64,000 nt of DNA from Macrostomum lignano (lineage: Eukaryota). Below are positions 35,166 through 47,494 of this stretch, piece by piece. Where the stretch lies: positions 248,001-312,000 of the forward strand of contig NIVC01000359.1 of assembly GCA_002269645.1 (NCBI GenBank), in the 5' to 3' direction. Position numbers and translations under genes: made by a program. Within the stretch, counting starts at the first letter, position 1. Each line of letters begins with the position of its first letter. The notes below the pieces were generated by a model, which did no database searches, was not told the DNA's origin, and saw only the letters and a list, made by a program, of their open reading frames with translations.

Positions 35166-35799
35166 TCTTTTGCGCTGGAAGCAGATGAGTTTAAAGAATT
35201 TTGACCCGATATTATTCGGGAAGAGCGTGAGCAGGGTAATGAGTTGTCAATCGATTCGCTTTCAATTGTGCTCATTTAGACGCTCACATAATTGGCAATG
35301 GAGTCGCCCCTTGGCCCAGCACTAAGTCCTTACACTGAGTCAATAGAAATCCAAGCGTATTAAGCTGTTTGCAGTACAGCCACGAGAAGCTTAGGAACGA
35401 GAGAGCTCGTGTGTTTCTTAACTCATGGCTTACTCTCTCTCTCGTTCTCTCTCCCCATTGCCATCTCACAGGTCCAGATGTAAGCAGAGCAGAGGGGGCT
35501 GCTCGGATGACTGACTGGCTGGCTTAGCAATCCCCACAGCGATACGTGCCAAGCGTTTGTTTGCCATACAACTGTTTTCATGAACCATAAGTTTGCTGTG
35601 TTATTCGTGCTTTAGAGCAAATTGAACTCCACGGCACTACTTTAAATGGTTAATAGAACTGCTTGCATTTTGATTTACGAGCTACTTAAATTTACTTGAA
35701 TTTTCTAGATTGATAGTGATGTCTGAAAGCGATCAAAAGATGGCGAATACTCGTACTTTACTTTGAGGATCTGAGAGGGTGGTGGAAGGGCCCAGCAGG

Positions 35800-36305
35800 T
35801 GAGGATCTGGGATGGTTTGGAGGTTGAATACCTGAGGATCTGGGATGGTTTGGAGTTTGAATACCTGAGGATCTGGGATGGTTTGGAGGTTGAATACCTG
35901 AGGATCTGGGATGGTTTGGAGGTTGAATACCTGAGGATCTGGGATGGTTTGGAGGTTGAATACCTGAGGATCTGGGAAGGTTTGGAGTTTGAATACCTGG
36001 GGATCTGGGATGGTTTGGAGGTTGAATACCTGAGGATCTGGGATGGTTTGGAGGTTGAATACCTGAGGATCTGGGATGGTTTGGAGGTTGAATACCTGAG
36101 GATCTGGGATGGTTTGGAGTTTGAATACCTGAGGATCTGGGATGGTTTGGAGGTTGAATACCTGAGGATCTGGGATGGTTGAAGGTTGAATACCCGAGCA
36201 TCTGGGATGGTTGGAGGTTGAACACCCGAGAGTCCGGGATGGTTGGAGGTTTAATAACTGCAAGAGAATCTGGTAGGGATGGATGGCTCAACCTGAGGAT
36301 CTGGG
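35800..36305. repeat. 33-bp minisatellite, about 12 regular plus degenerate copies
   Basis: Unit gaggatctgggatggtttggaggttgaatacct. Confidence 0.95.
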
Positions 36306-37009
36306 AGAGTGACTGCCAAAAAGCCGAATATTACAACTTCTCTGAACTTTCGCTATTTTCTTACAAATTTCTAATTTTACCCCGTGCTGTATTAAAGAAG
36401 GCAGGTATTAAAGAAATGCCAAGCCGTGCAGTTCCCAGTGATTTTACCTCTCCAACGCAGTTGTAACAGGTTGAGTCGGCGAGAGTGTCTCTACCGCTGC
36501 CGCTGGATGGCGGCCTCTGCTCAGACGAGGAACTCATTACTGGTTTAATATTTTAGCCAAAATAATGAATTCAATTCTAAGAGAGCTGCTAGAAGTCTGT
36601 CTGTCTTCTTGAGTGCGAAGGATTTCGCTTTTTCAGCTCTACATCATCTGGCTAGAAATAGCTGGTCTGGCAGGCACGGGGGGGGGCTCTCTCGCACTAC
36701 CAGGGCCCAATTCATTCTCGTAGTGCAATCGAAGCAACAGTCGCAATTGGAGCACCTCGCATTGTTCTCTCTTCTCTGGCAGACTGTATCCATCCATAGC
36801 TACCACGAGTACGTTGCATCGTGCCCCCGCCCTGACAATATCGTGCTCAAAAGCTGCAGCTAAAGCTAATAGTGAATAGCAGTCGCCAGCTCAACTCAGA
36901 GAGAAAGAGCAGACAATTGTGAAGCAGTTCAATACACTTTTAAGTACTCTACATGTGTATAGCTGCAGGCATTCAATGCGAATAAGCTTTCAGTCAGTGC
37001 TGCGTCGTC

Positions 37010-37180
37010 ACTGGCGGAGATAAGGGGGGACATGTCGACCCCCGCCCAGTAAAAGCTATGGGGGACACATCCCACCTTGTGACCCGTAGTGGAAATCAAT
37101 AGTTTTGCTTTAGGACTCCTAAATATAGCGCGTTAGGCGCCAAAATGAGTGTTTGCGGCGCCAAAATGAGTGCTAACAAC
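37010..37180. repeat. Dispersed repeat fragment (related pieces at about 54745-54860 and, inverted, about 24125-24230)
   Basis: Shared gtgacccgt.gtggaaatcaata.ttttgc and ggcgccaaaatgagtg motifs. Confidence 0.6.
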
Positions 37181-38270
37181 ATCATAAAAATCCGCGCTTT
37201 CCATCCTCAGTCCATCTTGGTTGTTTTTTTACCCAAAAATCATACGCATTATGCTCTCTACAGTTGCCTGTTGCCTTATTGACAGGGAAAATGAAGGACC
37301 ACACATTCGAGCAGAAGCAAGACAAAATGCGCAAATTTTTTGCACTAACAGACCTATGCGATTTCCCCAATCACAAGTTCATCTATCGCATTGAATTTCA
37401 AAGGCTCAAGGGGTAATTGCTGAGATGCCGAGGCTCAATTGGGAGTTGTTGTAGGCCAGGCATCAAAGGCAAGCCATGGCTTAAAGGAAGGCTTTGATGC
37501 AAAGACTCAAAGGGGATGCTGTTAATCTTAGGCCAGAGCTGATTGCTAATTGTGACTTACCAGGTTTTCTACATTTCAAGAATTTGTTAAGAATTTTTAC
37601 TTCTTTTATCTCGTTGCCTCCTCAACGGGGGGGGGCGAAGATTGCTAGTCTAATGTACTAAACTTCGCTCCTTATTTAATGCGTTGACATTATTATTTAT
37701 TGTCAAAATATTTCTGTCCAGCCTTTTAAGTATGAAATACTAGAAAAATGAATGGCTGGGCATGAGTTGCAAAGCTATGCGACTCACCTTACTTGACGTG
37801 TGCTCTGGGATCGCTGCCGTGCTCCCGTTCTCCGGAGTTCAGCTCAGTCTGCCTGCCAGTCATTGTCTAACACGCATTCCCTATATACTCCAGAAACTGC
37901 CGGCTTTGGGGAGAGAAAGAGAAAAAAGTTGCCAGTGTCCGGTTGCCATGACTACCAGCAACCGCCTTCCCCATGCAGCGCTAGCTTTGTCTTCCCCAAT
38001 CCCCATACAATGTATATAGCTGCTGTTGCGGGCTGAGACTGTCGCTTCCACATCAGTTCGGCCTCTGTCCCAGCTTTGTATTTCTTCTACTAGCAGAGGT
38101 CGGTCACTGGCTTTCCTGTACACTCTCCACAAGGTGTACATGTACATGTACGTGAGTACGCCCGTACCACCCAGTAAAACAATCTCAAAGCTGAATAGCT
38201 TGATGTAAAAGTATAGTAAGCTCATGTTTCATGCAAATCTCACTGGAAATTGCGCTTTTCATTTTGTCAA

Positions 38271-38666
38271 CCAAGTTGAGAATTCCCGTTTGGCAGCAGT
38301 AGATGTGGTCTTGCCCATAGACATATACGGAGAAGGGCAAGCAAAATGATAATTCCAATCTTGACTGCATGGAAGTCGATGTTTAAACATAATATAAAGT
38401 ACATGTACAATAGCCTATTTAATGGTTATTTAATTTGATCATTCAGAGTCGGAAATCCGTAGTCTATGGGAAAAAGTCCCCGCTTTTGAGATTCAAATCA
38501 TTTAATCGTATCGAGACATAGAGAACCTACGAGAGAGGTTGCTGCTGGAATCCTTTGTGCTTATGTCTATGACCGAATTATCAACTTGCTTGTCTTTCTT
38601 CCGCCTACGAGTATGTCTATGGGCAGGACCAAATCTACTGCTTCCAAGTGGCAATCCTCAACTTGG
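38271..38666. mobile_element. About 400-bp MITE-like element with long imperfect TIRs
   Basis: ccaagttgag...gcagtagatgtggtcttgcccatagacata versus tatgtctatgggcaggaccaaatctactgc...ctcaacttgg; no clear TSD. Confidence 0.65.
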
Positions 38667-38699
38667 CGGGCTTAACTATCAGCTTGGCTGACAAAAACA

Positions 38700-38915
38700 A
38701 TACTTTAGCTGCCCACGACAGAAACTCGAAGCTACTCGTACACTTGTGTTCATTTCCGCCAGTGTCAAAATGGGGTTCTGCTCGACAATGCCGCACAGAA
38801 ACTGCTGCATCTCAGCATCCCATTTGATTTTCGTAGCTGCCCCGCCACAAGGACGCTTCTCCACTCTGCCTGTCTTGTTGATCGAAGCATCAAAACTAGT
38901 CTGTCTAAAGTGCAT
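38700..38915 (-). mobile_element. IS630/Tc1-like transposase N-terminal fragment
   Basis: TGRVEKRPCGG...KIKWDAEMQQFLCGIVEQNPILTLAEM resembles Tc1-family HTH regions. Confidence 0.4.
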
Positions 38916-40120
38916 GTTGACTGTCTAAATCGGACGTCACTTTGACGAGATTGAATCGAAGTTTCAGTAGGTCTGGACCATAGACTGTTGATATGAAGTG
39001 GACTTTGTCGAAAGTGGAAGTGAAGTTGTTAATATTTTAGACATGTGACTATCTCTGTGGTGCAATTTCGTTTTCCGAAATTTCAGTTTTCTTTGGTGTG
39101 AAGCTATCCGTATGGAAAGGAGATTCTGATCGTACACTGCTTTAATGAACAGCTGTAAAAATTCGGTACAAATTCGACCACAGGGAAGCATTTTCTTGAG
39201 GTTAGAATTGACCCTCACTTTCAGTTGTCGACGATGAAAGGGAGTTTGTCTGAGGTGGATGTAGTTTCAGAGATGCTAAGCTTGAAGTGTCGAAGATAAA
39301 GTTCCCACTGCCGAAAGAGGAACTGAGTTTGAATGAAGATGGAGGTAAAATAACGAGGTAATTAACGATTGTAAAGCCATTCCGAAAATCTTCATGACAT
39401 AAACTAGCAGCAAACCAACAAATATCTTGTACCTCGTGCCTACAAAGAGCTACGTACAGGTTAGCAGTCCCAGAATCTTCTGACAAGCAATGCCAACAAA
39501 GACTTGTTTGTCTTGAAGCTTTCGACTACTGGTAGAACATGTGTTACAAAAACTTATTGGGTTCTACGAAAACAACAAAGATCATCTACAATTGTTGATT
39601 ATTTGTCGACACAGAAAAATAGAAACGAATAATAATTAATCAGCCTCAGTATGCTAAGCGTCTATATATTTTATTGATATAAATAAACAATAGATATATT
39701 ATTAACAAGAGAACAGCTATTATAATATTTGTGCTTCTGAGTATTACATACGGAAATCGATTATAAACATAGCGTATGTATTGCGTTTGATGCAAAGTTT
39801 TTAATTTAAAAAATCGAGTAAAGTAAAATTTTGCCAAAAAAACGATTTAACAGGAATAACGAACTTGCATGTTCGGTATTCGATCAGTAATTGTCGATTT
39901 GATTATTAAAGACAGGGTAATGGAAAATAGTGACAACAGCAAAACAGCTAAGCCGAACTATGAACTGTTGCGAAAGCGTTTAGTCAACGAAGAAACAGAG
40001 GAAAGAAACATATTTTTACAGCCAATTAAACTTTCTCTATAGTAGGTACGAAAAAATAAAAAGACACAACAGCGCACTGGAAAGCGGTAAGTGCTGCTGC
40101 AAACAGCTTTGCGCAATGAT

Positions 40121-41523
40121 AGAGGAAGTGACACCTCATAAGATCCCGGTAAAGTCCCAGTTTCACAGAGGAAGTGACACCTCATAAGATCCCGGTGAAG
40201 TCCCAGTCTCATAGGGGAAGTGACACCTCAAAAGATCCCGGTGAAGTCCCAGTCTCATAGGGGAAGTGACACCTCAAAAGATCCCGGTGAAGTCCCAGTC
40301 TCATAGGGGAAGTGACACCTCATAAGATCCCGGTAAAGTCCCAGTCTCATAGGGGAAGTGACACCTCATAAGATCCCGGTAAAGTCCCAGTCCCATAGGG
40401 GAAGTGACACCTCAAAAGATCCCGGTGAAGTCCCAGTCTCATAGGGGAAGTGACACCTCAAAAGATCCCGGTGAAGTCCCAGTCTCACAGAGGAAGTGAC
40501 ACCTCAAAAGATCCCGGTGAAGTCCCAGTCTCACAGAAGTGACACCTCAAAAGATCCCGGTGAAGTCCCAGTCTCACAGAGGAAGTGACACCTCAAAAGA
40601 TCCCGGTGAAGTCCCAGTCTCACAGAGGAAGTGACACCTCAAAAGATCCCGGTGAAGTCCCAGTCTCACAGAGGAAGTGACACCTCAAAAGATCCCGGTG
40701 AAGTCCCAGTCTCACAGAGGAAGTGACACCTCAAAAGATCCCGGTGAAGTCCCAGTCTCACAGGGGAAGTGACACCTCATAAGATCCCGGTGAAGTCCCA
40801 GTCTCACAGGGGAAGTGACACCTCAAAAGATCCCGGTGAAGTCCCAGTCTCACAGGGGAAGTGACACCTCATAAGATCCCGGTGAAGTCCCAGTCTCACA
40901 GGGGAAGTGACACCTCAAAAGATCCCGGTGAAGTCCCAGTCTCACAGAGGAAGTGACACCTCATAAGATCCCGGTGAAGTCCCAGTCTCACAGGGGAAGT
41001 GACACCTCAAAAGATCCCGGTGAAGTCCCAGTCTCACAGGGGAAGTGACACCTCAAAAGATCCCGGTGAAGTCCCAGTCTCACAGGGGAAGTGACACCTC
41101 ATAAGATCCCGGTGAAGTCCCAGTCTCACAGGGGAAGTGACACCTCAAAAGATCCCGGTGAAGTCCCAGTCTCACAGAGGAAGTGACACCTCATAAGATC
41201 CCGGTGAAGTCCCAGTCTCACAGGGGAAGTGACACCTCATAAGATCCCGGTGAAGTCCCAGTCTCACAGGGGAAGTGACACCTCAAAAGATCCCGGTGAA
41301 GTCCCAGTCTCACAGAGGAAGTGACACCTCATAAGATCCCGGTGAAGTCCCAGTCTCACAGGGGAAGTGACACCTCATAAGATCCCGGTGAAGTCCCAGT
41401 CTCACAGGGGAAGTGACACCTCAAAAGATCCCGGTGAAGTCCCAGTCTCACAGGGGAAGTGACACCTCATAAGATCCCGGTGAAGTCCCAGTCTCACAGG
41501 GGAAGTGACACCTCAAAAGATCC
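40121..41523. repeat. 46-bp minisatellite, about 30 copies, just 3' of the M-Ras stop
   Basis: Unit gaagtgacacctcaaaagatcccggtgaagtcccagtctcacagag. Confidence 0.97.
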
Positions 41524-41633
41524 ACATCACTGCACAGAAACGCACGTTTTAATTCCAGAAAAAAGAAAAAAAAGATCCGAGTGCCAACAGAGCCCGAACC
41601 AATGCAGTTCAATAGTCAGTTACGAACAATGCA

Positions 41634-41801
41634 TTACATAACTTCGCACTTGATCTTCTTGCCATTTTTGTTTCTCTTAGTCTTCTTCTCCTTCTTGTTA
41701 GTCGGCTCCCTGGGCTGGCTGCAGATTATCCGCACAACAGAGTTGAACGCCTCGTCAACATTGAATGGCGGGTCCTTGGCGCTGGTCTCGATGTATTGGA
41801 T
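41634..41801 (-). CDS. MRAS: M-Ras ortholog, exon 3 (G5 box, polybasic tail, CaaX)
   Basis: Acceptor cccgcgcag|ATC; [19 protein letters not shown]...[28 protein letters not shown] is M-Ras-specific; CaaX = CEVM. Confidence 0.9.
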   Translation of the reverse strand: MQYIETSAKDPPFNVDEAFNSVVRIICSQPREPTNKKEKKTKRNKNGKKIKCEVM

Positions 41802-42338
41802 CTGCGCGGGACAGAGGCGAATATTATTTTATAGAACTAGTAGTTAAGTACGAGAATAAAATCCCTGAGCCGCCTACTAACAGTAGGCTACTAGCAAATT
41901 CAGGAATTAGAATGTATTTTTCTAAAATTAAATTTCACAATAGCGAGAATTTTATAAGGGCATCTTAGACTGCGACTACCTCAAAATATCGGCTTATAAA
42001 GCTTTTAAACCAATTATCCCTTGTCTTGGCAGTGGCGGTGAAACAATAGATTCCAATTGTTTTGTAAATCTAAAAATTCCATTTATTTCACGGTGGGAAT
42101 AAAATACGATTCTATGTAACACCAGTCAAGAGTCCATTAGCCAGGAGATAGGTAATATAATTCGGATCGGATTAACTACGCAGTAATAGTACAGGCATAG
42201 TATCCCGCTGGGTGACAAAATACTCAGCCCTGCCTACGGAAGGCATCCATGTTTTAATTATGCGTCTGGACAGCACACTGAAGCCGCCTTTGATCGGGCT
42301 CTTACCGTACAATTTACTCGGGCCCGCTCAAGGTTTGT

Positions 42339-42810
42339 CTCCTCTCAGCTCTCCCCTCTTCTCTCCTCTCAGCTCTCCCCTCTTCTCTCCTCTCATCTCT
42401 CCCCTCTTCTCTCCTCTCAGCTCTCCCCTCTTCTCTCCTCTCATCTCTCCCCTCTTCTCTCCTCTCAGCTCTCCCCTCTTCTCTCCTCTCAGCTCTCCCC
42501 TCTTCTCTCCTCTCAGCTCTCCCCTCTTCTCTCCTCTCAGCTCTCTCCTCTTCTCTCCTCTCCTCTCTCGTCTCTTCTCTCCTCTCATCTTCCCCCCCTC
42601 TCACCCTTTCTCTCATCTCCTCTCATCCTCTAATCCCTCGCCTCTTCTTTCCTGTCATCTCATCTCTCCTCTCATCTCTCCCCCTTCTTTCCTGTCATCT
42701 CATCTCTTCCCTCTTCTCCTCTCTCCCCTCTTCTCTCCTATCTCTCCTCTTCCCTCTTATCTCCTCGCTCCTTTCATCCATCTATGATCTCATCCCTCTC
42801 CTCTCTCATC
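42339..42810. repeat. 24-bp CT-rich minisatellite decaying into low-complexity sequence, M-Ras intron 2
   Basis: Unit ctctcctctcagctctcccctctt. Confidence 0.9.
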
Positions 42811-43799
42811 TTTAGTTTCAGAACAGCTTCTAACACAATATGGCATAACTTCCAAATTTGATAATCGCTGTTTCTTATTCATCTTTTATAAGTTATTTAT
42901 TTTTCTCAACACATTCGATCGGCAATGGTTCCATAAAATAAAATCCTTCCATATTGATATCAGTACAAATTTAAGCAATCAGTCAGAGAAAAGTCCTACT
43001 AAAAAAAGATCAAATCAGTGTTCAAATTTCCATCTGCAAAGTCTTAATCTGCTTTCTAGTCCAGGCATCTCAGCGGTCCCAGCTCTTCAAGGGTTCCAAG
43101 TCACGTGAACACGTGGAACTAATGACAGCCCAGGCCAATCACGAGGTGGGGTGATGGGGGAGAGGGCGAAAGACCTGGGCCTAGCAGTCTAGCTCTCTCT
43201 CACTCGCTGGTTCATAGCATACTTTTCTACACGCTCGTACCAAGCGTGCGAGAGGCAGAAGGTAAGTGGCGAACTATTTTTAGCAACAGACAGTGCAAAG
43301 GTCCAGATTACATGCCGATTTGCGCAGGCCTGCATTTCAAGCTGCATGTTTGGCAAACGGATGGCTGACAGAAATAGAATGCCTTCGCTCCGGCTCCATC
43401 CGCCAGTGCTCTCCCTGGATCTCCAGGCCCGCAGCAAACAATGCGAGTCGCAGTTTGCCAGGCGAATAAAAAATATGAGTGCTGAGGTGCAGTATACAGT
43501 CTTCTACATTTCATTTACCATTGTGTCCCCTCCGTTGCCGTGGAAACAAAACTATGCGATAGTGAAAGGAATGCAGTATTTACGAGTATAGTTTAGACAG
43601 GGCGACACGCCCTTGTTATAAATTAGTCATTGGCAACCGCAGCACAATGCAGCTGAAATACGAAACAGCCTAGCCAGATTATGTACTGCTTGTTAGTACT
43701 AAGACCCCACACTATAACAGGAGTACAATTAGATCCCACACTTTCCAGTAGGATTGATAAGATCCCACACTCTATAGAGTAAAGACTTCTCTATAGGGC

Positions 43800-43998
43800 C
43801 TTAAGCTGATTGGCAAGGTGAAACGCGGCGCGCACGAGACTGGGAAGCACCATGGGATAATCCCGGTCTCTCGAAGAATTTGAGTGTGAAAGTGGCGAAT
43901 ATCATCGAAACTTTTTCGATCGGTGACCGAATAGACTAGCAGGAAGCCGTCGCCTTTCCGCATGTACTGCTCGCGCATTGCGGAGAACTCTTCCTGAC
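43800..43998 (-). pseudogene. MRAS: M-Ras exon 2, apparently disrupted (frameshift, G4 NKxD missing, no GT donor)
   Basis: Acceptor tttcccag|GT; [27 protein letters not shown]...ILR, then a frame change at 43869-43870 to DRDYPMVL...LANQLK; no NKxD in any frame; the exon would end at AAG|gcccta. Confidence 0.7.
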
Positions 43999-44023
43999 CT
44001 GGGAAACTCTATTGAGCTGCTGC

Positions 44024-44738
44024 CTGCTGGCTCAGACTGAGGAAACCTGGGAAGCTGCTGGCTCAGACTGAGGAAACCTGGGAAGCTGCTGGCTCAGACT
44101 GAGGAAACCTGGGAAGCTGCTGGCTCAGACTGAGGAAATCTGGGAAGCTGCTGGCTCAGACTGAGGAAACCTGGGAAGCTGCTGGCTCAGACTGAGGAAA
44201 CCTGGGAAGCTGCTGGCTCAGACTGAGGAAATCTGGGAAGCTGCTGGCTCAGACTGAGGAAATCTGGGAAGCTGCTGGCTCAGACTGAGGAAATCTGGGA
44301 AGCTGCTGGCTCAGACTGAGGAAATCTGGGAAGCTGCTGGCTCAGACTGAGGAAATCTGGGAAGCTGCTGGCTCAGACTGAGGAAACTGGGAAGCTGCTG
44401 GCTCAGACTGAGGAAATCTGGGAAGCTGCTGGCTCAGACTGAGGAAACCTGGGAAGCTGCTGGCTCAGACTGAGGAAACTGCTGGGAAGCTGCTGGCTCA
44501 GACTGAGGAAATCTGGGAAGCTGCTGGCTCAGACTGAGGAAACCTGGGAAGCTGCTGGCTCAGACTGAGGAAACTGGGAAGCTGCTGGCTCAGACTGAGG
44601 AAACTGGGAAGCTGCTGGCTCAGACTGAGGAAATCTGGGAAGCTGCTGGCTCAGACTGAGGAAACCTGGGAAGCTGCTGGCTCAGACTGAGGAAATCTGG
44701 GAAGCTGCTGGCTCAGACTGAGGAAACCTGGGAAGCTG
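44024..44738. repeat. 31-bp minisatellite, about 23 copies, filling most of M-Ras intron 1
   Basis: Unit gctgctggctcagactgaggaaacctgggaa. Confidence 0.97.
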
Positions 44739-44822
44739 GCAAGAACCGCTATTCCTAGGTAAAAATTGGGTCAAAAAAACAAAAATATGTGCAGACATAA
44801 TCAGCAGGATAAAAAAACTAAC

Positions 44823-45033
44823 CTGCAGTGTCCAAAACGTCTAACAGACACCAATCACTATCAATCATCTTGTACTGAATATACGAGTCTTCAATAGTTG
44901 GATCATAGTCTTGCACAAACATCTTCTGAAAGAATTGTATAGTTAGTGCACTCTTGCCAACACCGCCATTGCCAACAACAACCAGCTTGTATGTGCTGGT
45001 AACATCATCGCAATTCGGTGGATGGACTGCCAT
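44823..45033 (-). CDS. MRAS: M-Ras ortholog, exon 1 (G1-G3 boxes)
   Basis: [38 protein letters not shown]...[10 protein letters not shown]+G; IQFFQK and YDPTIEDSY are diagnostic of M-Ras; donor G|gttagt, phase 1. Confidence 0.92.
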
Positions 45034-45878
45034 TCTAGACTGAAATTAAGATTGTTGGTTTGGTTAGCTTATGAAATACTAAAGTATAGACTTAATATTT
45101 TCAGAATATGTTATACGCTCGTATATCCTAGGCTTAAATCAGGATATCAAATTGGAAAACCAAAGATACCAATTGGCATTAGTCCAAAAGTTCAAAATAA
45201 AGATATCTATACCCTAATCCCTCTTACTTCCAAGTCTTTCTGACCTATAAAAGCATAGTATTAATAGAAAAGCAATATAATCTAATTTTATTTTAACAAC
45301 TAGAAAGAAACTTAAATACTAACCAATAAATTCTTTTAGTCAATTGTTTTTTTCTATTATATTTATAATCATATTCATATGTACATTTTATTTAAGATGA
45401 TACTATATATAAACTAAGCAAGTTGCATAGCCGACTGAATTTTGGAAGTTGTGCATGTATGACCAATATATGTTTTAGTTACAGGTTACTTTGGTATCAA
45501 ATATACATGGAGCATTGAGTGGTTATTATTTAAAAGTTTATATTTCTTTATTTATAAAGTTGATTAATTGAAAATGTTTTCATTTTTATTATTCTTTATG
45601 AAATATACCCTACTTTATTATATTAATTATTTTTATTATTATCCACAAACTATAGCATCCACAAAAAGCTCCAACATAAGGTTATCCATGTCATTGCTAG
45701 AGCCCTACTTGGACCTGAAATATTTCGTTAAGTTACTCACTTGTTAAATCACTTTGGTACACACTTGATTTTACCACATTTAGTATCACCTACACCTATA
45801 TCTTAGATGAAATCTTTAAAACATATATTTGTTTTTACCTATATTTATTAATATTTAATAAGGTGTTACAACGTTGCC

Positions 45879-47494
45879 CCAGTCAGCACAGCCGACGTTG
45901 TGAAGTTCGCTCGGCAGTCGCTGGGCGGCAAAGCGCTTGGTCCGGACGAGGTGCCCACCGAGGCGCTGCGGATCCACTTCGTGGCCACTGAGGTCGCCAG
46001 AGTGATGAACCGCATGCTTTCCAGTGAGGTGGCGCCAAACGAATGGACCACGGCGCACATCGTCGCCATTCCAAAGAAGCCGGGCACCACCAAGCTCGAG
46101 GAGCATCGAGGCATCTGCCTACAGTCCTGCGCCGCGAAGCTGTTCAACCGCATGCTGCTATCGCGGTTACAGCGGCTGTAACCGCGATTTCGGGTTTCGG
46201 GTGGCAGCAAAAATCAATTTTGGGCCATCTCTATTACAGCCTGTACTGGACCCGTACCTGCGGCCTGAGCAGAACGGATTCCGGCCCCATCGCGGCACAG
46301 TGACGCAGATCCTGGCGCTTCGGCGAGTCATCGAGGAGGCGCGCATCCGCCAGTTGACCCTGATCCTGATCTTCGTCGATTTCAGGAAGGCCTTCGACTC
46401 GGTCGTGAGGGACGCGCTCTCAGAGGTGCTCCGTGCGTACAACGTGCCAGAGCTGCTGATTTCTGCTGTCATGGCGCTGTACCACGGCACGACGGCTGCT
46501 GTCTCAACACCAGACGGCCTATCGGATTTCTTCGAGACATCCTCCGGGGTGCTCCAGGGAGATACGCTAGCGCCGTTCCTATTTATTCTGGTGCTTGACT
46601 GGGTGCTACGGACTGCTCTGCCTTCCAACGACGACGGCTTCCTGCTGCAGCGACGCGTGGGTCGACGCCAACCGGAGAGACGGCTCAGCGTGCTTGGCTA
46701 CGCCGATGACCTCGCCCTGCTGTCCTCGACCGTCGAGGGCGCCCAACGACAGCTGGATAGGCTGGTTGCCGTTGCGGCGAGCGTCGGCCTGGTGGTCAAC
46801 ATGCAGAAGACCGTCGTGCTATGCGTGCCGGACGACACCGAGGCTGCAATCTTCTGCCGAGGCGCTGACGGACAGGCGAGTGAGCTTCCAAGATGTCAGC
46901 AGTTCGTCTACCTCGGCGGTCTGGTTCCCGACTTCCGCAAGGATCTGCGGCGTTGCCGAGAACTTGCCTGGGCTGCCTTTCGTTCTATAAGGTCAGTCCT
47001 GCAGTCTGAGGCCCTATCGGACCGCCAGAGGGCGGCGCTGTTCCAGGCGGTGATCGAGACCGTCCTGTTATACAACGCCGAGACCTGGACGCTGACAGAC
47101 TCGCTCGAGGCTCAAGTCGACGTGGCGCACGCTGGCCTGCTGCGCGCCGCCTTCAAGATCGGCAACGAGCGAGTCACCAACACGGCGCTCTATCATCGCG
47201 CCGGCCTGGCCCGTCCTAGCGATCTGCTGCGCCGTCGGCGACTCCAGCTGGCAGGCCACGTCATCCACGCCGAGGCCTACTGTCTGGAGCCAGTGCAGGA
47301 GGTGCTGCTACTTACGTTGCAGGCACCCTACCGGCGGGGACAGGCGAGGACTCGGCGCTACATCGACTGTCTGCTGGCTGATGCCGGCGCCCCGGACTCT
47401 GCCGGCAGTGCGGCCTTTGTTTGTGCCCAAGCTTTGAAGCGTGCCATCTGACGCTGCTTTTGCAAACTGACAGCGTACTCTATTGTTGTTGTTG
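45879..47494 (+). mobile_element. RTE-like LINE, 5'-truncated, RT domain with a 67-nt frameshifting insertion
   Basis: RGICLQSCAAKLFNRML, QNGFRP, FVDFRKAFDSV, GVLQGDTLAPFLF, LGYADDLAL, FVYLGG, LLYNAETW; (TTG)n 3' tail. Confidence 0.92.

Noticed and set aside
31046-42787. Repetitive ORFs at 31046-31379, 32936-33339, 35733-36291 and 42212-42787
   Set aside because: Translations of minisatellites lying in introns or intergenic DNA.
44985-44995. G1 box GNGGVGKS as an activating Ras mutation
   Set aside because: The Asn replaces the residue equivalent to H-Ras position 11; the G12/G13 equivalents are intact.
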